DNA of 63,856 nucleotides, counting the filler, from Bigelowiella natans CCMP2755 (lineage: Eukaryota; Protista; Cercozoa), in the NCBI GenBank assembly GCA_000320545.1. It is 6 parts of 6 records of this genome, joined end to end, with 100 filler letters (N's around TTAATTAATTAA, not from the genome) between each part and the next. Parts side by side here need not be neighbours in the genome. Positions count along the whole stretch, not along the records: positions 15,142 to 42,548 come from ADNK01001947.1; positions 42,649 to 56,019 come from ADNK01002792.1; 4 more parts are not named here. One strand, written 5' to 3'. Below the pieces are notes generated by a model that was not told the origin of the DNA, searched no databases, and saw nothing but the letters and a program-made list of their open reading frames with translations. Of this stretch, positions 40,022 to 51,612 are shown in pieces. Within the stretch, counting starts at the first letter, position 1, and each line of letters begins with the position of its first letter. Both the position numbers and the translations under genes were made by a program.

Positions 40022-40863
40022 ACCCTCTGGTGTTGCCGTGCGCGAGGGATTAGACGCACCGCATGCAGCTTGGAATGGGAGGACTTCTATTGTGAGGGGA
40101 GAGCAAGTATCATGTTGATAAACCCTTTTTTTAATTACGACTAGGAAATATAGGATGTTTATTCTTCGCGACACAAAATAAAGCCTTGATTTCATAGAAA
40201 AGCGCCTCCTCGTCTAAGCGTAACCACATTTCTGTCAGTTACACTGTTCGTAATAGACGGTTGTTGGAAAAAATTTTGCGAAAACCGTCTAATACACCAT
40301 AAAATCTGGGAACTGCATCGCGTTTTGTGTGAGTTTCATCTCTGCGAAAACATTTGTCATGGTCGTAAACAACAAAAAGGAAGCCTACGTAGTGGATCTA
40401 GTGCTTTAGAGCACTTTAAATACAAAGTATTCAGTATCGGCGAATCTTTGGATGCGACTGTCGTATCAAGCCCTTAAAATTTAAAAAAAGATGAATTTTC
40501 CCATGAGAAAATATTTTCTACGTCATTACATTTTTTGCTCATCTGGAGTAAAATGCAGGACGTTTATACCAAACGGTCGTCGTCGAAGCCCTTTCTCCCC
40601 CCCGTGCGTCTCGCTGCATTTAATAAGCCCTCTTCCTACATGACTCTCTCTGCCGGGGATTGGGGTGTTAGGTTGTCGACATTGGGACATTTTCGTCTGA
40701 TTCGGTGGATTTTGGGATGCTTTTTTGTGTGAAGAACCATTTAGCTTCCCTCAAATGCGAAAAGCGGATGATGGGGCGGCGACGATGGCAGCTGCAACGA
40801 TGAATAGAGAGACACCCGGTTCTTTATGCTGGCGTAACCTATGACCCTGATTTTATTATTTAG

Positions 40864-41353
40864 GTACTCTTATTGATGCGATGAATGAAACACATTCAGG
40901 CAAGAGACAGGCAAAGTCGATACCAAAAGCTTCTAAAAAGCGAGCTTCGGAGAAACTTCGCCAGGTATATACAGGGTTTATGACACATACTGATGGATAC
41001 ATCGATCTCCAATGATTTCCGTTTTGAAACGTAATCAGTCATCAATAGCGAGCTACATGACATGCGTGCGAACGCTGAATTCCACGTCTGGCAGCCCCAC
41101 CCAAAGCGACAAATCCCTCAAGAATATCAACTCTAAAGGCGGAAATCCAAAACCTTGCCCACGGTCAAAGATCAGGGAGAACGAGGCAAAGCGTGTCAAT
41201 GAAAATGAAGTGAGCCCTTGTATTCCACCGGGGACCGATGAGAACGTGGAGAGTTTTTTAGCGAAAATAACCCAGGAAAACTTGGCGCGAGGGGGGAAAC
41301 CAAGCAGATTTTGGAACATGGCCTTATATAACTACATCAGGTGCTTTTGTATC

Positions 41354-41395
<42 letters not shown>

Positions 41396-41422
41396 AGCGT
41401 GTGAGTGTACGAGTGTACGTGT

Positions 41423-41496
<74 letters not shown>

Positions 41497-42510
41497 GGGG
41501 GGCAAAAATATGAGGTTAAAATGCGTAAAACCAAAACCTTTCGCGAGAAGGAAGTAACGATCCTCCGTTGTTTAGATTTCCATCAATGCACAAAGACTCC
41601 GTTCTCTGGGCATCCGAGGCAATGCGATGCGTCGTTGTGCGCGACAAATACCCGAAAGCAAAGTCAGGGACACAAATGCATTATCACGCTACATAGAACG
41701 TTGACCATACGAAGGGTCAGTCAGAAACATCGTTTGCTGCATACGATCCTTGTCCCGCAGCCGGAAGATGCGGAGTTGTGACCTTCAAACATATCTCGCA
41801 TATTCACTGGTTCTCCTGAGCAGCGCCGACCGCAGCAACGACCTGCATGGCCGATTTCTTCTGTTTTACACGTTCGCAGACAGCCCTCGCAATGAAATGT
41901 TTGCATATGACGAATCAATCAAATACATATGTGCGGCCAAGGTTATATGAGTTGGCGGTTCCCTTTCCGCGCGTGGTGAGTTGTGTGGGCGTTTTCGCAA
42001 TCGTTTTCTTCCAACGCACCATTGTCTATATATTAAGGTACCATTATCTAGTTCTGCCCTTAGAAGATATATCATCGATCTCAGGTGGGTTAGGCAAGTA
42101 GAAGTACTGCTTCGTTGTTTTGCAGTAGATTCGTTATTCCGTTGTTAAATGCTTTCTTCAAATGCCAATCGATTTATCAGAACTAAATTCCTCACACATT
42201 CCTTTGCTGCGACGAATGGACAAAGCAGCCAGAGCCTTCATATCGTCTACGGTGAAATCATCATCTACTCTCTCCTCCTCCTCCTCCTCCTCCTCCTCCT
42301 CCCCCTCCTCCATTATCTCCCCTCTCATTTACGGAGATTCCATAAGCACTACTCATGAGGAGGGGAGGGGAGATGGGGGGGGTGGCCTTGCGAGCAAGAA
42401 GGACAACAAAGCGAGGGAGCGGTCGCCGAACGTGAGCATCGCTGGCTGGAGAATAGGATATCATGCCATTCCTTCAATGAAGCTCCTCCACCTGCATGTT
42501 ATTTCCACTG
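40864..42510 (+). CDS. APTX: Aprataxin (HIT family); start uncertain, 3' truncated at the linker
   Basis: FWNMALYNYIR ... YHYLVLPLEDISSIS|ELNSSHIPLL ... WRIGYHAIPSMKLLHLHVIST, the aprataxin HIT signature. Confidence 0.92.
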
Positions 42511-42548
42511 GTAAATTCGATCATCGGCGATCAATCTACGAAAGCGAA

Positions 42549-42648
42549 NNNNNNNNNNNNNNNNNNNNNNNNNNNNNNNNNNNNNNNNNNNNTTAATTAA
42601 TTAANNNNNNNNNNNNNNNNNNNNNNNNNNNNNNNNNNNNNNNNNNNN
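42549..42648. other. Artificial contig linker
   Basis: N44-TTAATTAATTAA-N44. Confidence 0.97.
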
Positions 42649-42678
42649 TCACACACACACACAGACACACACAGACAC

Positions 42679-42724
<46 letters not shown>

Positions 42725-42739
42725 ATATACATAATTATG

Positions 42740-42786
<47 letters not shown>

Positions 42787-42847
42787 GTAGGTTGCAAATC
42801 CTCTCATATAATGCCAGAAATAGCAGTCTGATTAATCACTATTGCAA

Positions 42848-43705
42848 TTAGAATGATAGAGGGTATCGATGATTCGTGTGCGAGGTCAACAACATTTCCG
42901 GAAGAGTCCCGTCAGGCCGTGGGTCAAGGTGATGCCCAGGAAGCTCCTGCGGGAGTGAGAGGAAGAGGGGGGGGGGGGGGGAGGAAGGGGACGAGGATGA
43001 TGATGATGCTGATGATGAAGGGAGAGGGATTGCAGGAACAAAGCGGAAAAGGGGGTGGGGGGGGGGGGGTAAAAGAGAAAAGAGAATAAAATGTGTGAAT
43101 GGTTCTATATGCACCTTTTCTCTTTTTAGCGTCTTTCCTTTAGCCTTCTTTGCTGCCACCTACACACAAACCCCATAGTATCAGTAGTGGTAGTAGTATT
43201 AGCACGGGCTTATAAATGAGAGATGACAAGATATGCGTTGTTCTTGTGGAATATCGATTCTTTATTGGTTTTTCTGTTGGCAGTCGATCCTCTGCCCGCC
43301 CCTCTCTTCCGCCATATTCTTCCTTTTACACTTGCGTTGTAAGCATTACTTGTGCATCGAGCATTGCTTTCAACTCGATCGCCTATCATCGAGTCACAAA
43401 GTCGTGCAGGATGGGGGAGGGGGAAGGGAGAGAACCAACATCGTGGAGTTTTGTTTATTACAGCCAGAAGTAATTTATTTTTTAGACGAATAGATGATGA
43501 AGAGAACATTCTGTTTTGCAGATCCGCACGCATCTTTCTGACGTGTTTTCAAGGTGTACCTTTCGGTTTCTCTCCGCCCTCTCGTCTCGTCCAAAGAAGA
43601 AGCCTCCTATGCCAAGGGCGGCGGGGGGGGGGAGGGTGACGGGGAATAGACAATATAAGAGAAAATGACAACGGAGCTTTTTGAAGAGCACAATATATAG
43701 ATATG

Positions 43706-43750
<45 letters not shown>

Positions 43751-44271
43751 GTGTGTGTGTGTGTGTGCGTGTACATATATTCTTAATTAGGTACCGTTAT
43801 ATGCCCCTTTATCAAATCCCTTAGTTGATGCTTTGCCTTTGCGTCCCCTGCGCCCGTCCTGAGCTTCTGGCGCGCCTGGTATCTCGTGCGAAATTTTCTG
43901 AATACATTTTCATTGGTCTCGCATGAGCAGTTGATGGCGCACACGCTCACGCACGCATCTACGCAGTAAACTTCCAATACGATTCGAATTATATCTTAAG
44001 CTCTTTGACACAAGAATGATTTGTTTGTGTGAAGTGGCCGCATTGCCAGCACCTTATGATTTCGATTGATTGGCGCGCCCCCGCCCCCTCCTCCGCCGAA
44101 GGGAAAGTAGATGCCCCCGTCGTCGGGGGGCTCTCGGCCGCGACCTGACCGGATAAAGTTATTTGTTCTGATTTCAGAATGCATACTTGATGTTTTCACT
44201 CACACAAAAACACACACTGGGGAAAAGATTGAGAATGATATATACGTATTTATAGTACGCGCGCGCGCGCG

Positions 44272-44314
<43 letters not shown>

Positions 44315-44913
44315 ATGTTTATGTTACACTAATAGCATGAATACTATCATCTATGTAAGGCATACGTCGTTGTCGGCCAACGTTTCTTGTGTCGGGTTCA
44401 TCATGATTACGATAACCACGATGATGATGGTGGTGATTATGCTGGTATGCATTATCCTCATGCTGGTGACGGTACTCGCCGTCTTGATGACGTCCCCTCC
44501 TATTCACACCGCTTGGATGATTGGTGTTGCTGTATGCGTCAACGCTCCCCACTGATAAATAAATATATAGGAATAAACTTTATTTGTAGCGAAGTGTAGT
44601 TTTGTGTGATTTAGATGGGAGTCCTCTCCATGCTTCAAGCTGGATACAATAGAGAAGACAAAGATGGGGAGGGCGGGGCGAGGGAGGGAATTATATGTGT
44701 TAACCATGATCGACAGAAGATCCGAGCGAGTCATTCCGACCCCTGGGCATTACCGCCTCCTCTCGATCACCATATGGCGATGAGGAGGGGGGGTGTAGTT
44801 TTTGCTTGACATTCAAGTCGGAGTCCTCATACTCCACTCTCGCACCGCTGTCGGGATATTCTGGGCACAGAGGTAAACCGAATGCGAGTGTTGCGCGGGT
44901 TGTGTGAGTCAGT

Positions 44914-44951
<38 letters not shown>

Positions 44952-45890
44952 TTTGTTTTGAATGAAATCTTGTCTACGCGCTCTCCCAACAACATCCCTA
45001 CCTCCTCGGTCTTCTCCATCGAAATACGCGGTCGCATCACCCTCTTCCCTCGCACGTTGATTTGCCTTAGTTGCACGATTATCATATATCACAAGTGGAG
45101 GAGATAGGAAGAAGGGGGGAGAGGGGGCGAGGGGGGGTAGCTTACCTGGTTAACTGCGGCGATCATTGCCTGTAAAGGGTCACCGGAATTCGCGCGAGAA
45201 ATGGAGGGATACTTGTTCTAATGTTGTTATTTTGTGTGAAGTTCTTTCACGCTAGACAGGAGTATAAATTTAGATATTTCTGCCTAAAGGCGGCTCCCGG
45301 CTTCGCCGTTCTCATCTGTGCATAGCATGCACACGTGCATGTTTGTTGGTGTGCTCCCGTGTCTGCGATTGTCCATGCTCGCGCGCATTTTTTTGCTTGA
45401 GAGGGGGGGAAATTTTTTTGAAGGCAGGGAAGATGAATTTATAATCGCAAAGAATGGAAGGAGTGCTGTCTTGAGTGGCGCACCTGATTCATCTTCGCCC
45501 CAAACTTTTTGACCTTCTTTCTCTAAGGAGGAGGGGGCAAAGCGAGTGTCATGTGTGTATATTCGAAAGGAGGATCAAATGAAATTGTAAATCAAGAGTA
45601 TGCTCAGAAAATGGGATAAAAATAAAGGGCGGACGTAATCTGAGAAGGAAATTATAAACAATACCTCTCCGTCATCATTTCTTGCCAGCTTCGCCGGTTT
45701 CGCCGCTCTCGTCCGCTTGCCCGCCCCATTCTGCTTCTTCGTCTTTTTTTTCAGCGACGTTGCACCTCCACGCCTTCGTGGCTTCCCGAACATTTCCCAG
45801 AATTCGTCTCCTGTGCTCAACCGGTGGCGGCGGGAAGGGGGGAGGAAGAAGTTGCAGCCGTTACAGTGTACTCACCTTTGTTTCGAACAT
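42848..45890 (-). CDS. Hypothetical basic (Lys/Arg-rich) multi-exon protein
   Basis: MFETK|GDEFWEMFGKPRRRGG...KKKTKK, then several GT-AG-bounded exons (e.g. VFRKFRTRYQARQKLR, VAAKKAKGKTLKREK); no family recognised. Confidence 0.45.
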
Positions 45891-46249
45891 TTCAAAATTG
45901 CCGGTTTCGGGTGAAGTTCTGGCGGAAAAATTACATGTCGCAGCAGGGAAATCCAAAGGAAATCCTAAAGAATTTACGCAAACAGAATGATCTATTTTCT
46001 CACTTACGACAATTGAATTTGGATTCCTACTCACAAACCGAGAGCGGCCTCACGATGGAAAACCTCTCGTCTAGGTTGTCGGAGGGCTAAAAAGAAGGTC
46101 AAATTATCGATTTCCTCAAAACTCATGATTTGCACTTCTGATGCGTCTTTGTGCTTCTTTGAATTCAAAAGAAACTTGCATGCGGCGGGAGCAATGAGTG
46201 CAACACCCGCCATCAGGTTCAGATGTTGTCGGAGCATTCTGACACTCAA

Positions 46250-46712
46250 AAAGTCAGCGTCCCATGATGTGGTTCGAAAAAAGTCGGAATCATGATTTGA
46301 ACTTGAAACCAGTTCCAGAGTTCCAACGTGCTTGCTGCATGTTCAGTGCTGCAGCGATATTTTTCAACACACCCTGCTAGTCTGTCTCGTTGGTCGCCTC
46401 GCTGGGTTTGCTAGTTTGATGCGGTTGTGCAATTGACACAACGTGCGTGCCATGCGTGAGGTCATCTCACATCGCATCTTGCACATGCATGCCAGATGCA
46501 AATGTTGCATTGCTTATTGCTCACAATATGCATACGGTTTATATTCCGCAAGTTAGTGCGCTGCAACCATTATGATTTTGTCATCAGATATGTTTTGTTT
46601 CATTCTATTGTGAAGTGGTTACTCTGGCTCGCGATGCAAGCACGTTCATTATCTGGTGTGACCTCATTGTTTACCAACATGGGCTCTCAAAGCTAATCTA
46701 GGACATCCATGA
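46250..46712. repeat. CATG/TGCA/CTAG-rich decayed intergenic tract 4
   Basis: Abuts the stop codon of the GST-like gene; TG/CA-rich. Confidence 0.55.
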
Positions 46713-46713
46713 T

Positions 46714-47859
46714 CTAAGAGGTGGTTCTTATGATGAGATCTTTTACTGCGCTCTTCAGTCTCTTCTGTAGCACCTCTACGGCGTATCGATCACCAAGGTA
46801 CTCTGGATGCTGCTGCTTTGAGACTACTTCTATGAAAACTTCTGGAACATCGTTGGGCGAGGATTGTGGAATGGATAAATACGGTATCTGAAGCCAGTTG
46901 AGCACGCTCCTAACTGCTTTACTCCTGCCATTCTCCTCGCGACCGTGAAGAACGACTTGAATACGCTCTATATTCCACAGAGATTCATGTTCGCTGAGGT
47001 CATCCCCCCATAAAGCATAGAATGCACCACTGATCGGATAGTGGAAGCTGTAAAAGAGGTGCTCAGGAAGCAAGTCACCATCAGTCAGGACACGAACTTG
47101 GTTCTCCACGCGAGAGTCATTGAGAGCATACAAGAATGGTAGTATTTGTTTCGCTTTCTCGTTTCGTGCTTCAGCCCGACCTATCCACTCAATGATGCTC
47201 TTGGCCTGTTTCTCATCCTTCGAGTACCTGGAATATAGGTGCCTGAGAATATCGAGTGAACCGACAACAGATACGTCATCGTCTTTTAAAAGGGGGAATC
47301 GTAGCGGCTGGCCATCTGTGAGGAGCGCTTTCGCTTCACGTCTCCAGCGATGTTTTTTGGTGATAAGCCCTTCCGATAGAATCGTCGCTCGGGGACACGG
47401 CTTTACCAGGTGGGGGAGGCGAAGCAAGCCCAAGTGCTTTCGAACTCGCCTACAGAACGGGCTTGATTCGAAATCGAACAACACGAGCTGTGCTTTGTGG
47501 AAATTAGCAGCGGTATTAACCGCACCCTTTGTCATATAGTAGTGTCCTAGGTTGTCTGTTTTCAACAGGGTTCTGGAGAGTTGGGATTTGCCTTTTCCAC
47601 CACAATCTTGCGAATATTTGGATGAAGAGAAGAAAGAGAGACGGAGTGCACCAAAACCTACTAGCCAACCTACGCCTGTTTCTTCCGCCCACCACAGGAA
47701 GCCTTCCCTCCCCTGGGGATGGTAAAGGTTTGTCTGTGGTTGCAATGAAACGGGAACATAATTTACCCCGGAAATTACCCAAATGAGTTTCCTGGAAGCG
47801 GCGGTCGCTTTCTTCTGGAAAGGGGAAAATCCACCAAGTCGCGAAGAAGAAATGCCATG
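46714..47859 (-). CDS. Thioredoxin-fold protein with two GST-N-like domains (2GST_N type)
   Basis: LVLFDFESSPFCRRVRKHLGLLRLPHLVKPCPR...RFPLLKD...GSLDILRHLYSRY and a second degenerate unit VVLHGREENGRSKAVRSVLNWLQIPY. One long exon; probable ATG at 47859 with one short intron. Confidence 0.8.
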   Translation of the reverse strand, partial: HGISSSRLGGFSPFQKKATAASRKLIWVISGVNYVPVSLQPQTNLYHPQGREGFLWWAEETGVGWLVGFGALRLSFFSSSKYSQDCGGKGKSQLSRTLLKTDNLGHYYMTKGAVNTAANFHKAQLVLFDFESSPFCRRVRKHLGLLRLPHLVKPCPRATILSEGLITKKHRWRREAKALLTDGQPLRFPLLKDDDVSVVGSLDILRHLYSRYSKDEKQAKSIIEWIGRAEARNEKAKQILPFLYALNDSRVENQVRVLTDGDLLPEHLFYSFHYPISGAFYALWGDDLSEHESLWNIERIQVVLHGREENGRSKAVRSVLNWLQIPYLSIPQSSPNDVPEVFIEVVSKQQHPEYLGDRYAVEVLQKRLKSAVKDLIIRTTS

Positions 47860-48446
47860 TTAGTCGAATGTTTCAGGCAACATTAACGACGACGTCGAAG
47901 CCGAAGGGCTGGCGTCTCTCCCGCTGCCCGGGGAGAAACTTTCACCGCAGTTACACGGAATCCAGACACGGAGCCCACGGGACCCAAACAGAACTCATCA
48001 GAAAAATCATTCCGACAATCAGATGTCCATGTCGCACGGTCGATTTCGAGTGAGAATGTGTAAACTTCGAAGCTTGACATAGAGAAGAAAGAACAGTCAT
48101 ACACGCCCCCCTGCAACACAGCCCTTTGATGGTAAGAGTTCTGTGATAGGGAGATCGGGAGATGAAAGGCTACCAAATTTTACGAGTCGTTGCGGCATGC
48201 AAAAATTAGGACGGCAGCCTATATTCCATCATTTTTATTTCCGTCATACTATTAACCCACTTCGATTCTGTGTAAACTCACAACTTTCTATTTTCTCCTG
48301 CTTCCCACTCCTAGAATTCGAGTCAGCGAGAGGATTCAGCAATAACCGAGACCAAATCTTTGAACTTCCCAGAAGAAGGATTCTGTCTCCTTGATATCCG
48401 GGATTTCAGCTACTCCTATTTTCATTCATTTCCAACAAAATGCTCT

Positions 48447-49499
48447 ATGCACAAAAATTTAGAGACAAAACCAGTAGGGGAATGGACAACCATTGAAAAA
48501 AAGACACTGACCAACAACATTTCATTGCGAGTGCTTCTGGACAAGGTGAACGGCGAGGGTCTAATTAACACCGAAAAATACCTGGAAGCGTTTTATCGGT
48601 ACCTAGATCACAACGAAAAATCCCTGGAAGCGCTTCGTCGGTACCTTTCGCACAACTTAAAAGATCTGTACTCAATAGTGGTTGACGCGCTAGGAATCCA
48701 GGAGGATTTCTGGGATTTCTGGCCTATTCCTGATCTTTCTCCGACCAAGTTGGATATTGAGCGGGCAAGAAGTGTGCTTATGGGTTCGCAGAAGGGTAAA
48801 AGACTAAACCCTGAGTTATCCAAGTTCGCCAACACAGCCTTTCCGTTTCCCGTGGATGCTGTTTTCAAATCTGGGACACTGGAGATCAGCTTCCAAGCTC
48901 CTAGATCACCATATGGAGACACCATCCACAGGGTAAGGGTTGATTTCCCCACAGGTTACCCGTTCAATAAATTGAAGTGTCGTTTTCTGACCAAAATATT
49001 CCATCCGTGCGTGATGCCTTGGGTCAAAGAGTGGAAGATTGGACGTATAGGTTTTGGAGACAGCCCTGGAACCATAGATCGGATGATCCTCGGTGATCAG
49101 TACACCGCTGCTTATTCTCTCACACATGTGCTCATGGACTTGGTCTACTTCGTCACGTACCCGATGGCAGCTATGAAGGCCACAGGACACTCCGGTCTCA
49201 ATACTTATGCAGAAAAATTGTTGAAGCAAGGAACTTTCCATGATCAGGCGTTAGCTCTGATGGAGGCCACAGGACACCCCGGTCTCAATACTTATGCAGA
49301 AAAATTGTGGAAGCAAGTAACTTTCCATAATCAGGCGTTAGCTCTGATAAAGGCCACAGGACACCCCGGTCTCAATACTTATGTAGAAAAATTGGAGCAA
49401 GGAACTTTCCAGGATCAGGCCTTATATTTGTTGGAATCAGGCACGTGCAATCGCCGGTATGCAAAGAAGCGGAAATTTGAATATGATGCACGTACATAG
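48447..49499 (+). CDS. Intronless ubiquitin-conjugating (UBC) fold protein, probably a catalytically inactive E2 variant
   Basis: KRLNPEL..APRSPYGDTIHRVRVDFPTGYPFNKLKCRFLTKIFHPCV...GRIGF...ILGDQYTAAYSLTHVL. HPN is HPC, and Gly stands at the expected catalytic Cys. Confidence 0.85.
   Translation: MHKNLETKPVGEWTTIEKKTLTNNISLRVLLDKVNGEGLINTEKYLEAFYRYLDHNEKSLEALRRYLSHNLKDLYSIVVDALGIQEDFWDFWPIPDLSPTKLDIERARSVLMGSQKGKRLNPELSKFANTAFPFPVDAVFKSGTLEISFQAPRSPYGDTIHRVRVDFPTGYPFNKLKCRFLTKIFHPCVMPWVKEWKIGRIGFGDSPGTIDRMILGDQYTAAYSLTHVLMDLVYFVTYPMAAMKATGHSGLNTYAEKLLKQGTFHDQALALMEATGHPGLNTYAEKLWKQVTFHNQALALIKATGHPGLNTYVEKLEQGTFQDQALYLLESGTCNRRYAKKRKFEYDART
49172..49425 (+). repeat. Coding tandem repeat, 87 bp (29 aa) x3
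   Basis: GGCCACAGGACAC at 49178, 49265 and 49352; unit approx. ATGH(S/P)GLNTY(A/V)EKL.KQGTFH.QALAL. Confidence 0.95.
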
Positions 49500-50000
49500 C
49501 GTGACCATTGAACAGGCTTAATTAATTCATTAATTCCGTCTTATATGATTATGATCATGAACAGCAACACAATGAATGACGAAGTGACCGACAGCGCGAT
49601 CATGAGCCAACGATACAACAGCTGCAATCACATGCAATGACAAAGTGATAAGTCATAATATGATGCAATGATGGACGATGACAATGATGACAATGGCCAC
49701 GGTGGTCTAGCCAACGCTAGCAACGTCCAACAATGCACGTCATGTACGCACGTGTGCACGGTGGTGTTGACATCATTCGCTGTGACGCTAGTAGAGCAGC
49801 ACATATGACATAGCTACGTAAGGATGACTATGGAGCAAATTTAATTGACTGATGGGTTTCAAACCTAGCACACAAGTCACTGGAGACCAACTGAAGTCAC
49901 CCAGCATTGCAATGTCTTAGATGTGTTGGAATGTTGCTCAGCCGTGCGCAGTCAAAGACACTAATACCACTTATGAATAATAAATGCAATGTAGGCATAT
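49500..50000. repeat. CATG/TGCA/CTAG-rich decayed intergenic tract 5
   Basis: Starts at the stop codon of the E2-variant gene. Confidence 0.55.
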
Positions 50001-50043
50001 ATCGATGGGGTTCAGTCTCCTCCAGAATTCATGATGAACATTG

Positions 50044-50090
<47 letters not shown>

Positions 50091-50242
50091 GTGATGTGAC
50101 AAGCACTGCAAGTACCAGTAGAGGTGAGTGTAGGAGCGTAACGTATCACAAGAGGAAAAACAGAAAGATGGCTTGCTCTACTACATGTCATCCTGGTTGC
50201 CGCTATGAATGTTTTTGATGCAGCTGGTACATGTGCGCTCTT

Positions 50243-50284
<42 letters not shown>

Positions 50285-50416
50285 CTCTCTCATTTCTGAT
50301 TGCCAATGGAAATCATAGAAATCTATCTGGGAGAGAGAACCAGACGCGCTTATAGCTCCTATGCTGATTGGCTCGGATTCCCATGACTCCAAGCACTGAA
50401 CAATGAAGAATGAACA

Positions 50417-51003
50417 ATGAACAAAGCACTCGGCCGGGGTCTCCCGGTAGTCGGCACGCGCAAATTTATCCCGATCTACGTGGGCGTTTCATTGCAGAAA
50501 AGGGCGATTTCTATCATTGCGACAAGGAATATTTCTTTGTCGCTCATATACGGAGAGAACGGATTTCTGTCCTCTTTTCTCGAAATATTTTTTTCGAGTA
50601 GAGAATTCGTATCTTTTCCTGCAGAGAACTCGTCGCCTCCCTCCTCTCCATCCCGCCCCCTCACAAGCCCTCTAGCCGGATCCTGAAGGGAATTCAACGA
50701 TATTTGACAGGTATCCGGACGTTTTATTATGGATGTAGTCTGTGCTTAAGTTCATGGCAGTGCGGACTTCGTATTCGATAACGGTGGATGGCCCATATAT
50801 GCATCCTCTTTCCTTTGCCTCGTTGTTCTGTGGAGTAGGCAATGGGAAATAGTTGCATAAAACCATCATTTGACCCACCCAATGCAAAGCGATCGGTTCC
50901 CTTTTTGACCAGTATAGCTTCGATAGAGAATATCGATGAGGAACTTTGGATCCAATACGTCGAGCAGACTTCCGGGTAAATAGAGATGCAGTGATTGTCT
51001 TGC

Positions 51004-51051
<48 letters not shown>

Positions 51052-51169
51052 GTCCCCCGCCCCTCTATTTGCGAAAATATTTCGAGTGATGTTGGATATT
51101 TGAATGTGACCGTCGATCAACACCGTGGCACACACACGCAGGGGGGGGGGATTAGCAGGGGGAAACACT

Positions 51170-51202
<33 letters not shown>

Positions 51203-51578
51203 TCCACTCTCTCATTATCACTCACCACTCAATCGCTCACGACCGCCCCTCCTCCACGCCGCACCAGAGTCCCTTACTACCACAACCTGACGACGTTTGA
51301 AACGAGTTGGGAGGCTCCGGAGAATTTCTTAGTACACCCCAGCGTGATCGATTGGATCCAAGATGCATCGCCCAAAGAGGCCAGTCGACGGGCGACATTG
51401 GTGCTAGGTCGCCGCGTGAGCAGATCTCCAGGCTCCTCGCGCAACCATCGCCGGGTGCGATCAGAAGCTTTCAACAATGCTGATGCGAAGGGTTATGAGC
51501 GACGCTTTAGCGTCCTCTCTGAGATGAGGCCTCCAGCCCCAACGGAAAATCCACCGAACGGTCTTGGAAGATGATGAG

Positions 51579-51612
<34 letters not shown>

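Noticed and set aside
45141-45170. CTTACCTGG resembling the U1 snRNA 5' end (also at ~10766)
   Set aside because: Reverse complement of an ordinary CAG|GTAAG splice donor; no U1 body follows.
45935-46090. Short plus-strand ORF MSQQGNPKEILKNLRKQ...
   Set aside because: 51 codons with no recognisable homology; cannot be supported as a gene from sequence alone.
49172-49425. 87-bp repeats as a CRISPR-like array
   Set aside because: In-frame coding tandem repeats with no unique spacers.
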